Part shown: piece by piece, positions 60,401 to 64,000 of the stretch | Layout: each line of letters starts with the position of its first letter | How positions within the stretch are numbered: position 1 is the stretch's first letter | NCBI GenBank assembly: GCA_963827685.1 | Contig: CAWHBU010000006.1 | Coordinates: 1-64,000, forward strand | DNA: 64,000 nt | Origin: an uncultured delta proteobacterium | Lineage (GTDB): Bacteria > Desulfobacterota > BSN033 > UBA1163 | Reading direction: 5' to 3' | Translations under genes and position numbers: made by a program | Notes under the pieces: model-generated | The model's input: only the letters and a program-made list of their open reading frames with translations | The model's database searches: none | Told to the model about the DNA's origin: nothing

Positions 60401-61072
60401 GTGGAACAAAGTGCGCGAGATGAAATTCTGGGTAAACTTAAGTCTACCCCGAAAAAATCAATACCTCCCCGACCGGATAGGCTCGTCCTGAGGGAGCTCT
60501 CTCTGGCCAGGGAGGAATTGATAGAGACTTTTTCGAAAAACCTTGTACAAGAAACAGGGATCGTCCATCGAGTCAAGGATCGCCGAGAAGCCCTGGAGAA
60601 ACTTTCTCAAATCGCCAAGGAAGAAGGATTGAGGAAGGTGATGGTCACTACGGATGACGTCGTGGCTTCGCTGAATTTAGCGGCCTGGGGGAAAGAAAAC
60701 GATGTTCGGGTCATGACTCCAAAGGATTTTGGCAACCGGGATTCTTTCAGGGATGCAGTCTTTGTGGAAGCCGATGCAGGGGTGACCGGGGCTGATTTCG
60801 CCGTCGCCGAGTCAGGAACGCTGGGCCTCATTCATAACGAGGACCAGGCGAGGTTAGTCTCTCTGGCTCCCATTCTGCACGTTGCTATTGTGCCGGTGAA
60901 AAGGATGGTGGCGGTCTATGAACAGGTGATGAAGGAAGTCTTTGGGAAAAAGGAGAACCTCCCCAGCCAATTCTGTTTCATCACTGGGCCGAGCATGACC
61001 GCGGATATCCGGGGAATACCGTTCAAAGGGATGCACGGACCAAGGAAAGTCATCGTAATTCTGCTTGGATAA
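60401..61072 (+). CDS. lutC: LutC/LldG LUD-domain protein
   Basis: AVAESGTL, ITGPSMTADI, GMHGP; GTG start after GAGG. Confidence 0.9.
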   Translation: MEQSARDEILGKLKSTPKKSIPPRPDRLVLRELSLAREELIETFSKNLVQETGIVHRVKDRREALEKLSQIAKEEGLRKVMVTTDDVVASLNLAAWGKENDVRVMTPKDFGNRDSFRDAVFVEADAGVTGADFAVAESGTLGLIHNEDQARLVSLAPILHVAIVPVKRMVAVYEQVMKEVFGKKENLPSQFCFITGPSMTADIRGIPFKGMHGPRKVIVILLG

Positions 61073-61074
61073 AA

Positions 61075-62331
61075 ATGGCGGAGAATGATATGAAGAAAAT
61101 CTCGATTCCCTCAAGGCTCTGGTATGAAAACAAAGAATGGGAGCTGACCTTCCCGGACCGGTGGGAAGTAGACAACCTAAATCCCCCTGGCTTTGATAAG
61201 CCTAAGCTCACTCCCGAAAAAATTAAGGAAAAGATTGGTCACCCTATCGAAGGACCTCCTTTGCAAGAAATAGCCAAGGGGAAGAAGCAGGCGGTCATCG
61301 TCTTTGATGATATGACCCGGCCGACGCCAGTCAAGGAAATGGCTCCTTATATTCTGGAATCCTTGCACAGGACCGGGATGAAGAAGGATCAGATCCGCTT
61401 TATTTGGGCGCTGGGGTCGCACGGAGTTTACAACATGATCGATGCCCGCAAGAAATTGGGGGATGAGATCGTGGAGAGTTATGCCGTTTACAACCACGAC
61501 CCCTTTCAAAACACAGTGCGGGTGGGACGGACTCCTACGGGAGTGGAGCTCTGGTTCAATCGGGAGTTCATGAGCTGTGATTTGAAGATTGGGATCGGAT
61601 GCATTACTCCTCACGTCCACGTGGGGTTTGGGGGCGGAGCCAAGATCATTCTTCCAGGAGTGGCTGGAATCGAAACGATCAACCAATTTCACAATCAACT
61701 CTACCGGGACCAAGCTCGAACCGGCCTGGGGAATTTTTTCAACAATATCATGCGGGCGGAATGTGATGCTGGCGGGGACGCTGTGGGTTTAAACTTCAAG
61801 GTCGATTGCCTGGTCAATCGTCGGGGAGAGATTACCAGCCTCTACGCCGGATCTTTCCGAGCCACCCATGCCGCCGGTGCAGAAGAAGGAAAAGGGCATT
61901 ACGGAATCCCTCATTCCAACGGATACGACCTGGCAATTTGCAACGCTTATGCTAAGGCCAATGAGTCGGCCATCGCCATCATTTTTGCGCTGACCTTGTT
62001 AAAACCCCAGGAAGGGGTGGCGGTGCTGATCTCCGACGCACCAGAGGGCCAGGTTTCTCACTATGTGATGCGGACTTGGGGAAGCGATTATGGCGGCCGC
62101 CATTTTTCTTCGAGGCCCAGAGGTCTTGCGCAAAAGCTGATCAAGAAACTGATTGTCATGGCCCCCTACCCCGATCGGACCAGTCTGGACATGATTTGCC
62201 ATGTCGATGATGCCCTCATCGTCAAGACCTGGCCCGAAGTCCTGGCCTTGATCGAAAGAGAATTTCCCGGAAGAGCAAAGGTGGCCGTGGTTCAGGACGG
62301 CACAATGATGCACATGCAAGGACCCGTTTAG
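61075..62331 (+). CDS. LarA-family (nickel-pincer) racemase/epimerase
   Basis: DDMTRPTP, ALGSH, PHVHVGFGGGAKIILPG, FHN. Confidence 0.85.
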   Translation: MAENDMKKISIPSRLWYENKEWELTFPDRWEVDNLNPPGFDKPKLTPEKIKEKIGHPIEGPPLQEIAKGKKQAVIVFDDMTRPTPVKEMAPYILESLHRTGMKKDQIRFIWALGSHGVYNMIDARKKLGDEIVESYAVYNHDPFQNTVRVGRTPTGVELWFNREFMSCDLKIGIGCITPHVHVGFGGGAKIILPGVAGIETINQFHNQLYRDQARTGLGNFFNNIMRAECDAGGDAVGLNFKVDCLVNRRGEITSLYAGSFRATHAAGAEEGKGHYGIPHSNGYDLAICNAYAKANESAIAIIFALTLLKPQEGVAVLISDAPEGQVSHYVMRTWGSDYGGRHFSSRPRGLAQKLIKKLIVMAPYPDRTSLDMICHVDDALIVKTWPEVLALIEREFPGRAKVAVVQDGTMMHMQGPV

Positions 62332-62339
62332 GAGTGATC

Positions 62340-62612
62340 ATGAAAGATAACATCCTCATCATTCATTCAACGGATAATGTCGCCGTCTCCCTGAAGACGC
62401 TAGGTGTTGGAGAGATAGCCGTTGCAAAAGGAATAGAAGGATTCCCGGCTTTGGAAGAAATACCCGCCAGCCACAAAATCGCTCTCCAAAATATTTCAAA
62501 AGGAGAGGAAATCATAAAATATGGAGAGATCGTGGCAGTCAGTACCCGGGATATCAAAAAGGGAGAATGGGTCCATACTCACAACCTTGAAAGCAAACGG
62601 TGGAAGAAATGA
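62340..62612 (+). CDS. UxaA-family SAF-domain small subunit
   Basis: DNVAV, HKIAL, IIKYGE, GEWVHTHN. Confidence 0.9.
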   Translation: MKDNILIIHSTDNVAVSLKTLGVGEIAVAKGIEGFPALEEIPASHKIALQNISKGEEIIKYGEIVAVSTRDIKKGEWVHTHNLESKRWKK

Positions 62613-63769
62613 ATGGGATCACTGGATACGAAAGAAAAAACGGGACATTCGGCATCCGCAACCACGTCCTGGTTCTACCTACGGTCTCCTGTGTTAACGG
62701 GGTGATCAACCGCATTTCACGGGAGGTGCCAGAGGCGGTCTGTCTCCCCCATGCCTATGGATGCGGTAGAGGAGGTCTCAGGGACATGGAAATTCTGTCC
62801 CGGATCCTCTCGGGCCTGGTGCATCATCCCAACGTCGGCGGAGCGGTCATCATTGGATTGGGCTGTGAGATTTCAAATACGAAAAGTCTGCTTCCCCTGA
62901 TCAAGGAGGCAGGCAAACCCATCGAGGTCTTTAATGCACAGGAGGATGGAGGTTCCCTGAAAACAGCGAAGAAAGCGGCCGCCGCTGCCCGCCGGATCCT
63001 ATCGGAAGTCAGCAGCCAGCCGAGGACTACGCTTCCTTGGGATAAGCTTCTGATCGCCATGGAATGCGGCGGTTCGGATGCCATGTCCGGCGTGACGGCC
63101 AACGTAGCCATGGGCGCTGTCTCGGACTGGCTGGTAGAAAAGGGAGCCACTGTGATTTTTGGTGAAAATACAGAGATGATCGGGACAGCCCATGTGCTCG
63201 CACGACGGGCGAAGAATGCTGAGGTGGCCAAACAGATTGAACAAATGATCGAGCGCGCTGAGAAATTAACCCAGGCGGTGATGGGAAATCTGGCGAGCAT
63301 GGTCATCTCCCCCGGCAATATGGATGGAGGCATGAGCACCATTGCAGAGAAATCGATGGGCTGCATCTTTAAAGGAGGCACCACCACGATCAACCAGGTG
63401 GTCGATTATGGCGAGGCTCCTTCGGAACGGGGGCTCATCTTGCAGGACGGGCCGGGTTACGATGGAGACTCCATGGCGGGGCTTGCGGCCAGCGGCTCTC
63501 AGCTTATGTTTTTTTCAACCGGCCGAGGCACCCCGGCCGGGTTTCCGGCTTTGCCCGTGATCAAGGTGGCCAGCAATACCAGAATATACGAGGCCATGAG
63601 AGATGATATGGACGTCAATGCGGGAACCTTGGTGGAAGGCCAGGATTTGAATGGATTGCGGGGAGAGATGATCGATTTGATGATCCGCGTGATCAACGGG
63701 GAAAAGACGAAGGCGGAAATCAACGGCATGGACGTGATCACGTTTATGACCGTCCATCCGCCGTTCTGA
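62609..63769 (+). CDS. UxaA/GarD/SuyB-family dehydratase large subunit
   Basis: GIRNH, HPNVGG, GLGCE, ECGGSD, EKSMG, FSTGRG. Confidence 0.92.
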   Translation: MNGITGYERKNGTFGIRNHVLVLPTVSCVNGVINRISREVPEAVCLPHAYGCGRGGLRDMEILSRILSGLVHHPNVGGAVIIGLGCEISNTKSLLPLIKEAGKPIEVFNAQEDGGSLKTAKKAAAAARRILSEVSSQPRTTLPWDKLLIAMECGGSDAMSGVTANVAMGAVSDWLVEKGATVIFGENTEMIGTAHVLARRAKNAEVAKQIEQMIERAEKLTQAVMGNLASMVISPGNMDGGMSTIAEKSMGCIFKGGTTTINQVVDYGEAPSERGLILQDGPGYDGDSMAGLAASGSQLMFFSTGRGTPAGFPALPVIKVASNTRIYEAMRDDMDVNAGTLVEGQDLNGLRGEMIDLMIRVINGEKTKAEINGMDVITFMTVHPPF

Positions 63770-63825
63770 GGGTAAGGATAGTTCAGAGTAAAGACTTTTC
63801 TCCGAACTTTGACAAGAGGGAAAGT

Positions 63826-64000
63826 ATGGATCTAAAAAAGCACAGCAGAGTCTTTTCCGACGATGACCCGCTCTCCATGGTGCGGCGCTCCATGCTCTAT
63901 GCCTGCGGGTTCACCCACGAGGAAATCAAGCGCCCCATGGTTGCCGTAGTGAATACTTATAACGAGATGCACCCCGGTCACATGCATCTGAAAACCTTGG
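63826..64000 (+). CDS. IlvD/Edd-family dihydroxy-acid dehydratase, truncated by the window end
   Basis: [30 protein letters not shown]. Confidence 0.8.
   Translation, partial: MDLKKHSRVFSDDDPLSMVRRSMLYACGFTHEEIKRPMVAVVNTYNEMHPGHMHLKTL

Overview
Bacterial chromosomal window, probably from a Desulfobacterota (deltaproteobacterial) anaerobe; this is inferred from the CIRCE-controlled rpoH, sigma54 promoters, GEMM riboswitch, and DUF1844 and DUF4388 genes. 1-9.1 kb holds housekeeping genes (map, purB, ftsH, DUF502, MscS, glgA, rhodanese). About 9.2-36.3 kb is an AT-richer accessory region. It contains three related sigma54/c-di-GMP-linked modules with small unknown proteins, PilZ, GGDEF and HD-GYP-like genes; IS3, IS1202-family, IS630 and two IS1182 elements; a membrane protein + ThsB-like TIR gene pair; and a run of secreted-protein genes with attC-like sites but no integrase in the window. 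It also holds a RAYT (HUH) gene whose two 25-bp terminal inverted repeats were each interrupted by an IS1182 at the same nucleotide. 36.3-42.5 kb is core genes (MltD-like, DegQ-like, rpoH, coaBC). 42.8-64 kb is an anaerobic acyl-CoA cluster with a four-subunit benzoyl-CoA reductase/2-hydroxyacyl-CoA dehydratase-like complex, then lutABC, LarA-family, UxaA-family and a partial IlvD-family gene. No rRNA, tRNA or CRISPR array was seen. All calls come from reading motifs by eye; no database searches were run.
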